Positions 1 through 12,013 of a stretch of 64,000 bases of DNA are shown here, piece by piece (the stretch's first letter is position 1; each line of letters starts with the position of its first letter). The stretch is from the NCBI RefSeq assembly GCF_963921235.1, contig NC_086108.1, positions 76,510,001 through 76,574,000 of the forward strand, given 5' to 3'. The notes beneath the pieces are model-generated. The model worked only from the letters and a program-made list of their open reading frames with translations, made no database searches and was not told the origin of the DNA. The DNA comes from Mobula hypostoma. Its lineage: Eukaryota. The translations under genes were made by a program, and so were the position numbers.

Positions 1-1245
1 AGAATCAATTTCCTGTGGGCATACTCAGCAAATCTATGGAGTAGTAACTATGGCAAGATCAATGAAAGAGCTACGAAAGATCAACTAGAGTGCAGAAGAC
101 AACAAGTTTTGCAAATACCAGTATAAATAAATAGCAATAAATAATGAGAACATGAGATAACAAAATAAAGGATCCTTAAAGTGAGATCGTTGTTTGTGGA
201 ACATCTCAATGGATGGGTAAGTGAGTGTAGTTATTGACTTTGTTCAACAGCCTGATGGTTTTGGGATACTAACTGTTCTTGACCTGCTGGTGTGAGTCCT
301 GAGGTTCTTGTACATTCTACCTGATGGCAGCAGCGAGAAAAGAGCATGGCCTAGTGGTGGTGATCTCTGATTATGGATGCTGCTTTCCTATGACAGCATT
401 GCATGTAGATGTGCTCAAAGGTTTAGAGGGCTTACTGGGACATACTGGGCCAAATCCACCATCATCTGTAAGATTTTCCATTCAAAGGCATTGGTGTTTT
501 CATACCAGGCCTTGATGCAGCCAGTCAATACACTCTCTACTACATATCTATAGAAGTTTGTCAAAGTTTTAGATATCTGCTGAATCTGCACAGACTGCTA
601 AGGAAGCAGAAGTGCTGCCATGCTTTCTTCGCAATTGCACTTAGAATTCCTCAGATAGGTCCTCAGAAATAGTAACACCCAAGAATTTAAAGCTACTAAC
701 CCTCTCCACTTCTGATCCTCCAATGAGGATTGCTCATGAACCTCCGGTTTCCCTCTCTTGAAGTCTACAATCAGTTCCTTGGTCTTGCTGACATTGAGTA
801 AGAGGTTGTTGTTATGACACCACTCCAACAAATTTTCACTCTCCCTCTGTCTGCTGATTCATCACCACCTTTGATTCGACCCAGAACAACAGTGTTTTCA
901 GCAAACTTGAATATGGTATTGGAACTGTGTTTAGCCACACAGTCATGGGAGTAAAGTGGGTAAGGCAGGGGGCTAAGCACACAACCCTGTGGTGCACCTG
1001 TGTTGATGGAGATCTGATTCAGGTCTGCATGTAAGGAAATCTGGGATCCAATTGCACAAGGAGGAATTGAGGCCAAGGTCTTGGAGCTTATTGATTAGTT
1101 TTAAGGGATAATAGCTGTCATCAATAAAGAGCATCTCGATTTATATATCTTTGCTATCCAGATGTTGCAGGATTCAGCGAAGAGCCAGTGAAGTGGCATC
1201 TGCTGTGGACCAGTTGCCCCGAAAGGCAAATTGGAGCAGATCCTA
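1..1245 (-). mobile_element. Rex1/Babar-type LINE, decayed 3' part of RT and tail
   Basis: ORFs with [11 protein letters not shown], FAxNTVVLGRI and WCHNNNLLLNVSKTKELIVDF. Confidence 0.85.
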
Positions 1246-1354
1246 CATACAATGGAGCAATTCGATCCTACATACATTTAGAATCAATAACTTGCTCTAT
1301 CATTAATCAACTACCTAAAATAACTTCTTCAGAGCTATATATCCTCTGAAGTAT

Positions 1355-1605
1355 AGGCAACCTGGGTTCAATTCCCACCACTGCCTGTAAAGAGTTTGTA
1401 CGATTTCCCAATGACCACTTGGGTTTCCTCTGAGTGCTCCGGCTTCCACCCACAGTCCAAAGATGTACTGGTTGGTAAGTTAATTGGTAATTGTCCCATG
1501 ATTAGGCTCAGATTATATCACAGGGGATTGCTGGGCAGCAGAGCTCAAAGGGCCAGAAGGGCTTATTCCACGATGTATCTCAATAAATGAAAATAAATAA
1601 ATAAA
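1355..1605 (+). mobile_element. V-SINE/HE1-like SINE
   Basis: B-box GGGTTCAATTCC, V-domain-like GGGTTTCCTCTGAGTGCTCCGGCTTCCACCCACAGTCCAAAGA, (AAAT)n tail. Confidence 0.75.
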
Positions 1606-1669
1606 AAGCATGGAGAAAACTGCCAGCAGATGTACAGTAGATGTGTGCTCATTTGTGATACTCAAGCAA

Positions 1670-1812
1670 AGTTTGTATGTTACATGGATGGAAGAGGTTT
1701 GAAGGGATATGACCCAAGTGCAGATAGAGAGGACTTGGCAGAAGATCAGGCTGGCAGGGGCTTGATGGGCCAAAGGGCCTGTTTCCATTCTGTAGTACTC
1801 TATGACTCTATA
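1670..1812 (+). mobile_element. CR1/HER1-type LINE 3' tail fragment
   Basis: GGGCCAAAGGGCCTGTTTCC...CTCTATGACTCTA, the same tail as the long CR1 copy ending near 17595. Confidence 0.7.
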
Positions 1813-3538
1813 AGTAACCATTCTGCTGCCTATTGGAAGGCCTTTTAAAAACCACTGCAGCTAAAACATCACCATGATTATGCTGCTAGGTTTACCAATT
1901 GGTGAAGCAACTATCAATAATTAACATCAATATAGTCAATATAACATAAATATAGCTGTATTGCTATTTATTTTCTAAACTTTCACACTAAATTTTGCAT
2001 CTGCAATTGTTAGAATATTTTAGATAAAGTATTGCAGAACTAACTCAATCCCATATAATGAGCATTTCTTTAAATTTTGCAGTAACTACTTAGAGTTTTT
2101 CTATATTATGTATCTTTGATATATCAATTTACTTTAATGAAAAGCGATCGAACGAAATGTTGTACCAAACTGCAAAACGAAAGTATTCAGGCATTAAAAG
2201 CTGGGCACACTCACTAGGTCAAGCAACATCCATAGAAAGAGAAATGGCTTCAACAGAAATTGTGTAAAAAAAACATCAACCCAAAGCATAATAACTGACA
2301 GCTCTTGGAATCTGGTTTGTAAATTGTATTAAGTAATCTTCAGTAATTAACAGCCAAATCTGGCAAAAATAATTATATATATAGACACACTAGCTGGCAT
2401 CTTGGCAGTGAGAACTACTCAGTGAAACTTAGGGTCTATGGACTCATGGATGCAATTTGCAATACACTAGTACAAATGTAATGTTAATGATTTGCTTGCT
2501 GATGCGCAACCGATACAACCCAGTTCCAGTAATCTAAAATTGGAACTACATTATAACATTCTTTCTGGTTTGAATTAGGTCAAGTATGTGTTAAAAAAAG
2601 GACACTTCATTTGGAGTCCAGTTTTATTCTAATGCTCTCTGTACCAGCTTCCCTACCTGAACTTAACAAGGAAGCAAACATGAAGAGAACTTGTTTGCAA
2701 ACCATCCACCACTTTTGTCATCCATAGCTTCTATAAGCTCCTTGTACAGAATTTCAAAATTCCTATCCAGTTTTAAATTACTCCAAAGCTTTATTACTCT
2801 ATTTCAGCAAGCTCTACTTCAGTACTCGCACAAATTCTTTAAGTTTTTGCTCCTTACTTCTCCCATTCAACACTCTGCCTTAAGAAACCTCTACTTTAAT
2901 AACCAGACACTTCAGCTTTTCATTTAATGCCATTCCACTTTGTAATGTGCTTAGCAAAAGCATTACGAAAATAACAGTTGCATTTGTCAAAATTACAATG
3001 TCAAACAGATGGGTAGAATGCAGTGCAGTTAGCCATCAAGGCTAGCTTTGTAGAACTTCCTAAACCCACATGGTCAGCCACCAAGGACAAGTAAAAACCT
3101 TGACAGCACCATCACCTACAGAGTTCTTCCAAGTCACACACAATCCTTACTTTGATACGTATGACTATTCCTTAATTATCAAAGGGTCTAAATCCTGGAA
3201 CTCCCTACGTAGCACTTTTGGAGTCACTTCATCAGAAATATTAAAATGATTCCTAAGTGCATTTAGGGATGGGCAGTAAATGCTGACCTTGCTGGTGAAA
3301 CTATGACCCATAAATCAATTTTTAAAAAAGTAAATTCAATTCAGACAAGATGACCTATTCTTTGCTATTACAATAACAAAGTTTAAAAGACATTTATACC
3401 AGGCAAGGAATGGAGGATTGTTTTCCACATGAGGGCAGATATGCAGTACGATTTTGCATTATGGGTGACCAAATAGCCTGTTCCAGTGCTCTAATGTTCC
3501 ATGCTCTATATAAGGAGGAACTATATCAACAATTCCCT

Positions 3539-4775
3539 ATTTTGGTTTACTGAGATTTTCCCTTTCTAGTCCCATTTATTCTAATTTTTTTTAACCCTCC
3601 ATGAATGATTTAGTTTTTAAAGAATGGGACAGGTTGGGTATTAAATGATTTTGGGATCTGTTTGTTGGAGGAAATCTTTTTTCATTTGAGCAATTGTCAG
3701 CTAAATATAGCCTACCCAAAACTCACTTTTTTAGATATCTACAGATTAGAGACTTTCTAAGATCTCAATTATGCACATTTCCTATAAGCTCAAATAAGAA
3801 TTTACTAGATGTAAATTTTAATTTGACACCTTTTTATAATTGTTCAATATCTAATATTTATGGTATGTTACTGGAGACAAGGAATGTTCCTTTAAACAAA
3901 ATTAAGAATCTCTGGGAACAAGACTTACAGACATCAACTTGGAAAGAAAATTTTAAACTGGTTAATACGTCATTTCTATGTGCTCGCTATTCCTTCATAC
4001 AATTTAAGGTGCTACAGAGAGTCCATATGACTAAAGATAAACTATCTCGTTTTTATTCGGATATATCTCCCTACTGTAACAGATGCAATAATGGAGAAGC
4101 TTCATGAATTCATATGTTTTGGACTTGTCCATGTCTTGAAAAATATTGGAAGGAAGTTTTTCAAACTTTTTCTTTACTTTTCAAAGTCAATTTTAAACCT
4201 AATCCTCTGATGGCCCTATTCGGTATTGTTGCAGGACAAGATATTGAGTTGAAGACATCAGATTTACATATTTTGGCCTTTAGCTCTCTTGTAGCTAGGA
4301 GGGCGCTTTTGTTTAAATGAGAAGATGTCTCTCCTCCTACTCATGCTCAATGGTTATGTGACGTTATGTCATGCTTAGATTTAGAGAAGATTCGTTGTTC
4401 AATTTCTGAATCTCGTCAAGACTTTCAAACATTATGGAGACCCTTTCTGAATTATTTTCAAAACTTTCAAAACCCTCAATCCGTCGTTTAAATTTAGATG
4501 TTGGCTATTATTAATTTTTATTGTACGAGGAGGTATTTTACCTTTGTTTTCTCCTTAATAAACAGCTTCGGTCTTGGTAGGGGTTAGATTCTTCTTTTGT
4601 AATAAATTAGTATATTTCAATATAACTTTGACTAACCTACGTGAATATGGGGTAATAAGATTGTTATTATGAACAGATATAACGTAATTGGTAGTTGTTT
4701 TTTCGACCTTTATATATACTTTATTGTATTCTGTATTCTTCTATGTAGAAACTAATAAAAATATTGAAAAGAAAG
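3539..4775 (+). mobile_element. L1/Tx1-clade LINE, 5'-truncated ORF2 C-terminus and 3' UTR
   Basis: HFFRYLQIRDF, IQFKVLQR and C-terminal CNRC...HMFWTC zinc knuckle; AATAAA plus A-rich end; possible TSD ATTCCCT at 3532-3538 and 4776-4782. Confidence 0.85.
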
Positions 4776-4820
4776 ATTCCCTTAACAACTCAATATCATA
4801 TGTAAATTCCAATTCCTTAC

Positions 4821-4912
4821 ATTGTTTTTAAATCCCAATCTCCACACGTCACAAAAATGGAATTAACTTTGGGATCCAGCAATCCATTATCCCTCATCCA
4901 GTCATCAACCAT
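4821..4912 (-). CDS. ERI3: ERI3 internal exon, 92 bp, ExoII motif (not in ORF track)
   Basis: MVDDWMRDNGLLDPKVNSIFVTCGDWDLKT(M); acceptor TTTAACAG, donor GTAAGG; ends in phase 2. Confidence 0.96.
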
Positions 4913-5510
4913 CTGTTAAATACACAAAAAAAAACAATTAATAAAGAAGACAGAAACAAGTTCCAGGACACAAAAAAAATTAAATTATAAACACTACTTT
5001 TTTCTAACCGTTTATCTATAATTCTATCAAAGACTCATTTTTATCATAAATTGTCTGAAGAATAAAATTAGGCTATTAAGCCTGACAGGTCTATGTCAGT
5101 ATTACATTCTACAACTACTTCTTACTCTGCACTCATTTCTTCTTAAGTGTGTCAATCATATCGTCTTCATACACTCCATGCCCTTTCCATATAAAGAAAT
5201 TTATCCTAAGTATTTTCCATTTTTTATATTTATATATATATTTGGCATTTTAAACATTTCTGTTCTTACAAAAGCACAAGGACAAAGAAGAGGTAAATAG
5301 ATTATTATATCATGAGTAACATCTTCAAGAAAAGAGCGGAAAACAAAGATGAGAAGCAGAAATATTGAAACTGAGAACACCAACATATGATGTTTGTGTG
5401 GCTGAAGGCAAAAGTGAGACAGCAAGGGATCAACACATGGAGAAAGACAGAATTTTGAATTTTAGTCTGCAAAGAAAATCCGTAGAACTTCGACAAATAT
5501 ACAAAATGTT

Positions 5511-5689
5511 ACACTCACAACATGCTGGAGGAACTCAGCAGGTTGGGCAGCATCCGTGGAAAAGATCGGTCAACGTTTCGGGCCGGAACCCTTCGTCAGG
5601 ACGCTGCCACGGATTCTGCCCGACCTGTTGAGTTCCTCCAGCGTGTTGTGAGTGTTGCTTTGACCCCAGCATCCGCAGATTATTTTGTG
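5511..5689. mobile_element. Mini Penelope-like fold-back insertion (inverted pLTR fragments) with hammerhead
   Basis: Inverted arms 5511-5559 and 5607-5655; 13-bp TSD TATACAAAATGTT at 5498-5510 and 5690-5702; related to the Penelope-like 3' end at 42967-43110. Confidence 0.85.
5569..5602 (-). ncRNA. Minimal type I hammerhead ribozyme motif
   Basis: GTC-CTGACGA-AGGGTTCCGGCCC-GAAAC-GTT-GAC. Confidence 0.7.
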
Positions 5690-5789
5690 TATACAAAATG
5701 TTGTTGGACTGGAAATCAGTGTGTTAGCTAGTACAAGAGTGGCTTGATGGTGTAGATCTCAAACATTAGCTTCAGAGAATTCCCCTTAT

Positions 5790-6105
5790 TCTCATTTCCC
5801 CACACATTTTCTTGTAACTCATTTTCTTCAACATGCTCATCAACTTCCCTCTGATTCTCCAGTCTCCGAGCAATACTATTTTCCCAGAAGCCAATTACCA
5901 GCACATCTTTGGGGTTTGTGAGGAACCTGGGATTTCTGAGGGGTATCTGACCACATGCTGATGTGCGGTTTGAATTTGCACCATGGTTGGAACAGACATC
6001 ATGTGGATACAGAGGGAACATGCAAACTCCATACAGACAGTGCTCAAGGTCAGAACTGAATCCATGTCTGGAGAGCCAGATTGGCATTACTGGAGCTGTG
6101 AGTAC
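5790..6105 (-). mobile_element. Decayed V-SINE-like element
   Basis: GGAGTTTGCATGTTCCCTCTG and CCAGGTTCCTCACAAACCCCAAAGATGTGCTGG on the minus strand. Confidence 0.55.
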
Positions 6106-6599
6106 CTTATTTTTTTAAGTCGGCACAGATGGGGGTGGGGGGGCAGCATGAAGTTCAGGAAAGGAAAAGAATAAACAAAAGATGCCTGGGCAGATGTAAT
6201 GATGCAGAAAGCAAAACAAGATCCCATCACCTGAGAGGCTTAGCTACAGCACAGGTAAAAATGAACAAAAAGGCAACTGGAGAGCAGATTCAAAAAGAAA
6301 CAAAAATGACAAAGGATAATGTGATCAATCTTATCAAAGGTTACAGAGGTCAGAAAGAACAAAGTGGAAATCTGTCATAGTCGAAGTCATAATATTCTGT
6401 CATCAACCTTTGATACAAAGTTTGATTGCAGAGATTCAACAATGTATTCAAGGGGTCTTTAAAAGTAAATAAGACCACCTGATTTTTCAGCTCGCAACAG
6501 CAGAGAAGTTAGGTTGTTTTAGAGGGTTTCACAGAAGGAAAAATCAATTTAGAGCTTCAGATAAAGTGGCTAGAATTTGGATGGTCATCACTGTCAATA

Positions 6600-6878
6600 T
6601 AGTGACAATAAAGTTCATGAATTCTTTACTACTATTAAAGGGAAAGAGTACAATGGAGAAAAGATTAAGGAAAAGAAGTACAAATTTTATTTCATTCACA
6701 TCAGAGCTAAAACAATAGAAAAGTCATGGGAAAATCCCAATTCAGGACAAGGTGGTTGCTGGGCAATAAGGAGAAAGTGGCAGCTGAACAGATGGTGTCA
6801 AAATTAGTGACAATAAAGTCCATGAATTCTTTATTATTATTAAAGGGAAATAATACAATGGAGAAAAGATTAAGGAAA
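6600..6878. repeat. Local direct duplication, ~73-bp core at ~205-bp spacing
   Basis: TAGTGACAATAAAGT...AAGATTAAGGAAA at 6600-6673 and 6805-6878. Confidence 0.85.
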
Positions 6879-7604
6879 TGATTGGCAAAGAAAAAAAAAC
6901 CAACAAATGCTGTCACTTTCTGGAATATTCATGATGTTGTACTTTTTTTTCCTCTTTTATGGAACAGAAAGAAATGGTAGTGCTAGATTTGATCAGACCA
7001 TTAGTGGTGATGGATGACTATTGCAGTTGTATTATAGCTTGGATTGGGGATACAAGAACTGCTACTTAAGAATAGCCCTATCTATCATGCAAGAGAGTCT
7101 AAAATCCTTCTCTTGATAGATAATGGTTGGCAATGTTAAAAATTTGTACAAAATTATCACATTGATTTTTGCTTAATCTTGTTGCACTATTCTACACATT
7201 GCCTATACAGTAACATGAAAAGTGTCAGTTACATTACATATGTAAAGTCTGAGAACAGCTAAAATAACCTGTTCTGATAACTAAATAGTGGATCCCACAA
7301 TGGGTTTGCAATACATGTTGTGCTACACCACATTGCCTTAGATAATGCAATTAGATAAGATAAACTTACAATGTGGCTTTTCATAAGTTTTATTTATGTA
7401 TTTTACAGTTTATAAAGAAATGATTGAATATTAACAAATGAAACTATGGTCCAGATTTTTAATGACTGTGGAACTGTCAGCATTAGCCAATATTACGCTC
7501 TGAAACTAACACTGACTTCTGGAGCACACATCTATGATCAGACACAACTTCTTGACAGGTGCAGAATCAGACTTATAATCAGGTTTATTATCATTGCCTT
7601 ATAT

Positions 7605-7767
7605 CAGGGTGGCCAACCTTTTACATCCCATGCGTCAATTTTTTCACGCACGAGTTCTATAGTAACATATTTTTACAAGAATTGTGGGGGTACAAGAGTT
7701 ATATGGCGCATCTGAACTTGTGCGTGAAAAAATTGACGCTTGGAATGTAAAAGGTTGGCCACCCTTG
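7605..7767. mobile_element. hAT-type MITE, 163 bp
   Basis: TIRs CAGGGTGGCCAACCTTTTACAT / ATGTAAAAGGTTGGCCACCCTTG; perfect 8-bp TSD CCTTATAT at 7597-7604 and 7768-7775; subterminal inverted GCGTCAATTTTTTCACGCAC. Confidence 0.9.
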
Positions 7768-8781
7768 CCTTATATGATGAGAAATTATTTTGGTTTACAG
7801 CAACAACACGGTGCAAAGTCACAAAATTATTATAAATTACAAAATATATAAATCTGACCAGAAAAGGAATAATAAGGTAGTGTTCATAGACCATTCGGAA
7901 ATCTGATGATGGAGGGGAAAAAGGTCCTTAGTGATGGATGCTGCCTTCTTCAGACACTGCCTCGCTTAATCTTTAGAAATTACTGAACTGACAAAAGAAA
8001 GTACCTTTACAGTGGGTGATACTTACAAACTACCCCAATGTAAAAAAATAGCCTTTAAAATTGTATGCTTTGTTCCACAAATCCATAATTATCAGGAAAC
8101 AATGCACCTGCAGATTTCAAGAAAGTAACTATACTTGTGCAGATTGTTTTTCCCTCTTAAGTATTTAAAATAAAAATAATAATTTTAATCTTTATAATCT
8201 TTGAGTTTCTACCTTTATTTTAAATAATCATTCAAGCCTATAAAATTCTGATTTTAAAAAAAATCTTCACTTTTACTTCCTGATTTGGTACATTGAAAAA
8301 TTCTTCACTGTGACTGGCTCAGGTTATCGACATCATTATTGTTGGATACCGCTGATCTTCTGGAACCGGCGTTGACAGCAATTGACTTTAAGAAAGGCGA
8401 AGTTATGCCAGAGATCAGCAGATCTTTACAGGCAGATTTTTTCAAGGTCAGTAGCAAATGCTGCTACTTGGACACTGAATGCAAAATTCAGGCCAAAAGA
8501 ATCGATACTTGATATGATTTACAATCTTATCAAGACACAATGGTTAGTCTGCATATTCTAATCTACATTAATATCAGTGAATTACTGAACCTTGTCTTTT
8601 CTAATGAGGTTTCCAAATCAATTGGTAACCATATTGAAATGAACGGGGTCTCGTGAAAAAGCAAATGGTTCAATAGTGCCCAACACATTAATTTTGTTAA
8701 GAAGCTTGCTCTAATAAGCCAACATTACAGTCAAATTTTCATGTCAAAACAAGATCTGGCACCACATGTCATCTTATTCAC

Positions 8782-8841
8782 CTGAAGGACCTCTGGCAAT
8801 GTTGGTTTCCCATCTACCATGGACTGCTCAATGCCTGTGAG
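8782..8841 (-). CDS. ERI3: ERI3 internal exon, 60 bp (not in ORF track)
   Basis: LTGIEQSMVDGKPTLPEVLQ; acceptor TTTTTCATCAACAG, donor GTGAAT; continues FCTK-LTGI of ERI-1 family nucleases. Confidence 0.96.
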
Positions 8842-10389
8842 CTGTTGATGAAAAATAAGGAAGCCAGTTACAAACAGGTAAGCTTTCAATTGTATAGCAT
8901 TATATAATCATGACTATTATTATTACAGAAGAAATCTGAAATAACAAAAGGATTTATTAATCAAAACTTCTGTTCTTTGTAGGAAGCCCTTCATAACCCA
9001 AGATCACTTGTTTCAACTTGGTTCTTTAAGTTCAGAGGTGTCAGATTATAGCAATGTGTAACCCACAGACTTTTCCAGACACAACACAGGAAAAACTTGG
9101 CCAGACACACAATTAGGGAGATGTTCTTTCAACCATGTACATTTAGTTTCTATGTGCACCCGACACAGAATGGATAGTGACAGTGTCAATCCAAATGCTA
9201 CTTCCAGAGCCATGAATTCCCAGGAGTCAATGGGAATATTGCTTACTTTCAAGGATGATTTGAATCCAGGGCTTACTTCCAGTTTTTCCAAGTTCCTCTT
9301 GATCTACAGTGAGATATTCTTTATCTTAGTACTAGATGAGTAATAAACTTTACAAGATTCTCATTCTTGACAACAGAGGATGTTATTTATCCTCCAATGA
9401 TAACATCCTCAATTACCACCAAATTTCCATTCTGCTCTATACTTCTCACATAACCCACAATGCTTTGTTCTGGATTGCAGGTGTCCACTTATAGCTTTTT
9501 CTTGCCAACAAAGGTAGTTCTGTGGAACCACCTTCTCAGCTTCCAAAAAACCTGCACAACCTGCCTAGCAGTTACACTCTCTCATTCCGGACCCTGGGAT
9601 TTCCTACTTTTGAGGTAAAACTGCCTCCCACCTTCAGTGTTGAAGCTCCAACTCATTCTGCCTCTCAGCTATTCTGAAACAGAAGCATTCAATTTCAAGT
9701 TTAATTATCATTCAACCAAACACAAATAGCGCCAAATGAAACAGCATTCCCCTGGGGCCAAGTTGCAAAACACTTTACCAACAGCACATAGCACAAATAG
9801 CACATGGTTACAATTTCAGAACAACATAGAGCCATAAAGAAAAACATTAGCTCAAGTCCCTGAGTGCCAAGACAGTAGAATCGATGACAAGTTGACCTGG
9901 TCCAATGTGGTCATTATCACACTTGCAAATGCATAGCACTAAACTAAACAGAGCTATGAGGTTGAATTTCCAGGCAATTAGAAATAATGTTAACTGAAAC
10001 CCATTTACTGGAATATAGACATATTCTATATATTTAATTCGTATTAGTACTTCTGAATTATCTTGCGAAATCCATGAGTGACTCAGCCAAATGCTAGAGT
10101 GACTCCAGGCAAAGTATATAGGATCCCAATTTCCTTTCTCTAATATTTCACAAAATTAATCTAACACTTAGTGTCTGTGAGTCAAATCTTTGTATTTGAA
10201 ATTGTAATTGGTAAAATCACCTAACCACTCACAATTATAGATCTCCATTCAAATGGAAGTTTGCTGTAAAAAGAATGCTTTTGATTTTAAGATAAGAATT
10301 CCTTTCTCAAAGGTGAACAGTTTAGTTACCATGCTGCATGTAATTAGTTGCCACATTGCCAAAGTCTTCAAAATTAATCGTTTGTCTAG

Positions 10390-12013
10390 ACGTGGTTTAC
10401 CTACTTTAAAAACCTGCTGGGAAGCCCTCCAACGATCACCGAAGAAGAAAAGGACATACCCACGATACTAACGCAAGTCAACATCGATGGCAGCCCATTC
10501 ACCATTGAGGAACTGGAGAAGGCCAAATATGCACTCAAACAGAGCAGGAAAACTGAACCAGATGGGATACCACCAGATGTCCTGAAGAACTGCGACCTGT
10601 CGACATCTTGCTGGACATACGTAATGTGGCACTGATGAAAAGCGACAAACCAGAACAGTGGTCACTCTCAAACATTATCCCAGTCCCCAAGTCTGGATCC
10701 CTCATGAAGACAGATAACTACCGCGGTGTCAGCTTGACCTGCATCTTAGCAAAGCTAATCAATCGGGTGATCTTGAACAGGATTCGCACCGCCATTGACC
10801 CGAAACTAAAATTCAGTCAGAATGGTTTTCAGCAGAAGCACACAACAGTAATGCAAATACTTGCTCTCCGTAGAATCATCGAGGAAATCAGGAAGAACAA
10901 CCCACCAGCCGTGCTTACTTTCATCAATTTTCGCAAAGCTTTTGACTCCATTCACCGAGGTAAAATGCTGAAGATCCTGAAAGTTTACGGGGTGCCAGAC
11001 CGTCTACTGAGAACAATAGAGTCCAGCTATACCAAAACCATGGCGAAAGTTGTATCGCCGGACGGAGAAACAGCAGTGTTCGAGCTCCTAGCTGGTGTGC
11101 TGCAAGGAGACACTCTGGCACCCTACATCTTTATAATCGTCCTTGATTACGCTCTGCGTCAAGCTACCAAAGATCATGACAAGCTTGGTTTTACCATAAA
11201 ACCAGGACGAACCAAAAGGGTCAGACCAGTTACACTCACAGATCTTGATTTTGCAGATGACATAGTCCTGCTCTCTGACCAGATGGAGGAAGGACAGCAG
11301 CTACCGACAAAAGTGGAAATTGAGTGCAATGAAGTTGGACTTCACCTAAATGCTAAAAAGACAGAGTACATGGTGCTTAACTGCGACAAAGGTACTCTCA
11401 AAACCATAAAGAATGATACCATTAAGAAAGTCTTTGACTTCAAGTACCTCGGGTCAAGAATGATGAGTTCGGAGAAGGACATAAAGATAGGAAGGCGCTG
11501 GCGTGGAAGGCTATGAACGACATGAAGGAACTCTGGAAGTCGAACCTGACCAGAGGGCTTAGAAAGAGGATCTTCATAGCAGTTATAGAGTCCATTCTCA
11601 CATACGGATGCGAGACGTGGACACTCACCAAGACTATGCGAAAGTCTCTAGGTGGTTGCTATAGACGAATGCTCCGGATGGCTCTTGACGTGAGTTGGCA
11701 ACAGCACATGACAAACATCGAGCTCTATGACGACCTACCGATGCTCACCACTAAAATCGAGGTGAGGAGACTGCAACTAGCAGGGCACTGTCTACACCAC
11801 CCCGAGCTACCGGCCAGCCTAGTCATCGTATGGGAGCCCAAGCATGGGAGGATGAACCCTGAGCGCCCTCCCAAGACTATGATCAACACACTCCTAGGAG
11901 ACAGCGGCACGGCTAATGTAGATGAACTGAACACACTGATGAGGGAGAGGGAGAAGTGGAGAGTCTGTCATTGTGCCCGACGCCGGCCCCCGAGGCTTGA
12001 GTCGATGTCTTAA
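10390..12013 (+). mobile_element. RTE-group (RTEX-like) LINE, 5'-truncated, RT nearly intact
   Basis: ORFs 10608-11516 and 11513-12013: NYRGVSL, FRKAFDSIHR, GVLQGDTLAPYIF, LDFADD, FKYLGS, YGCETWTL; only a few frameshifts. Confidence 0.9.

Noticed and set aside
1229..1277. Short tandem duplication GGAGCA...GATCCTACATACA
   Set aside because: Local slippage at a LINE boundary; only two units.
1..4820. Next ERI3 exon (LPGQC...WINLKK-like)
   Set aside because: I could not find a matching segment; it presumably lies left of the window.
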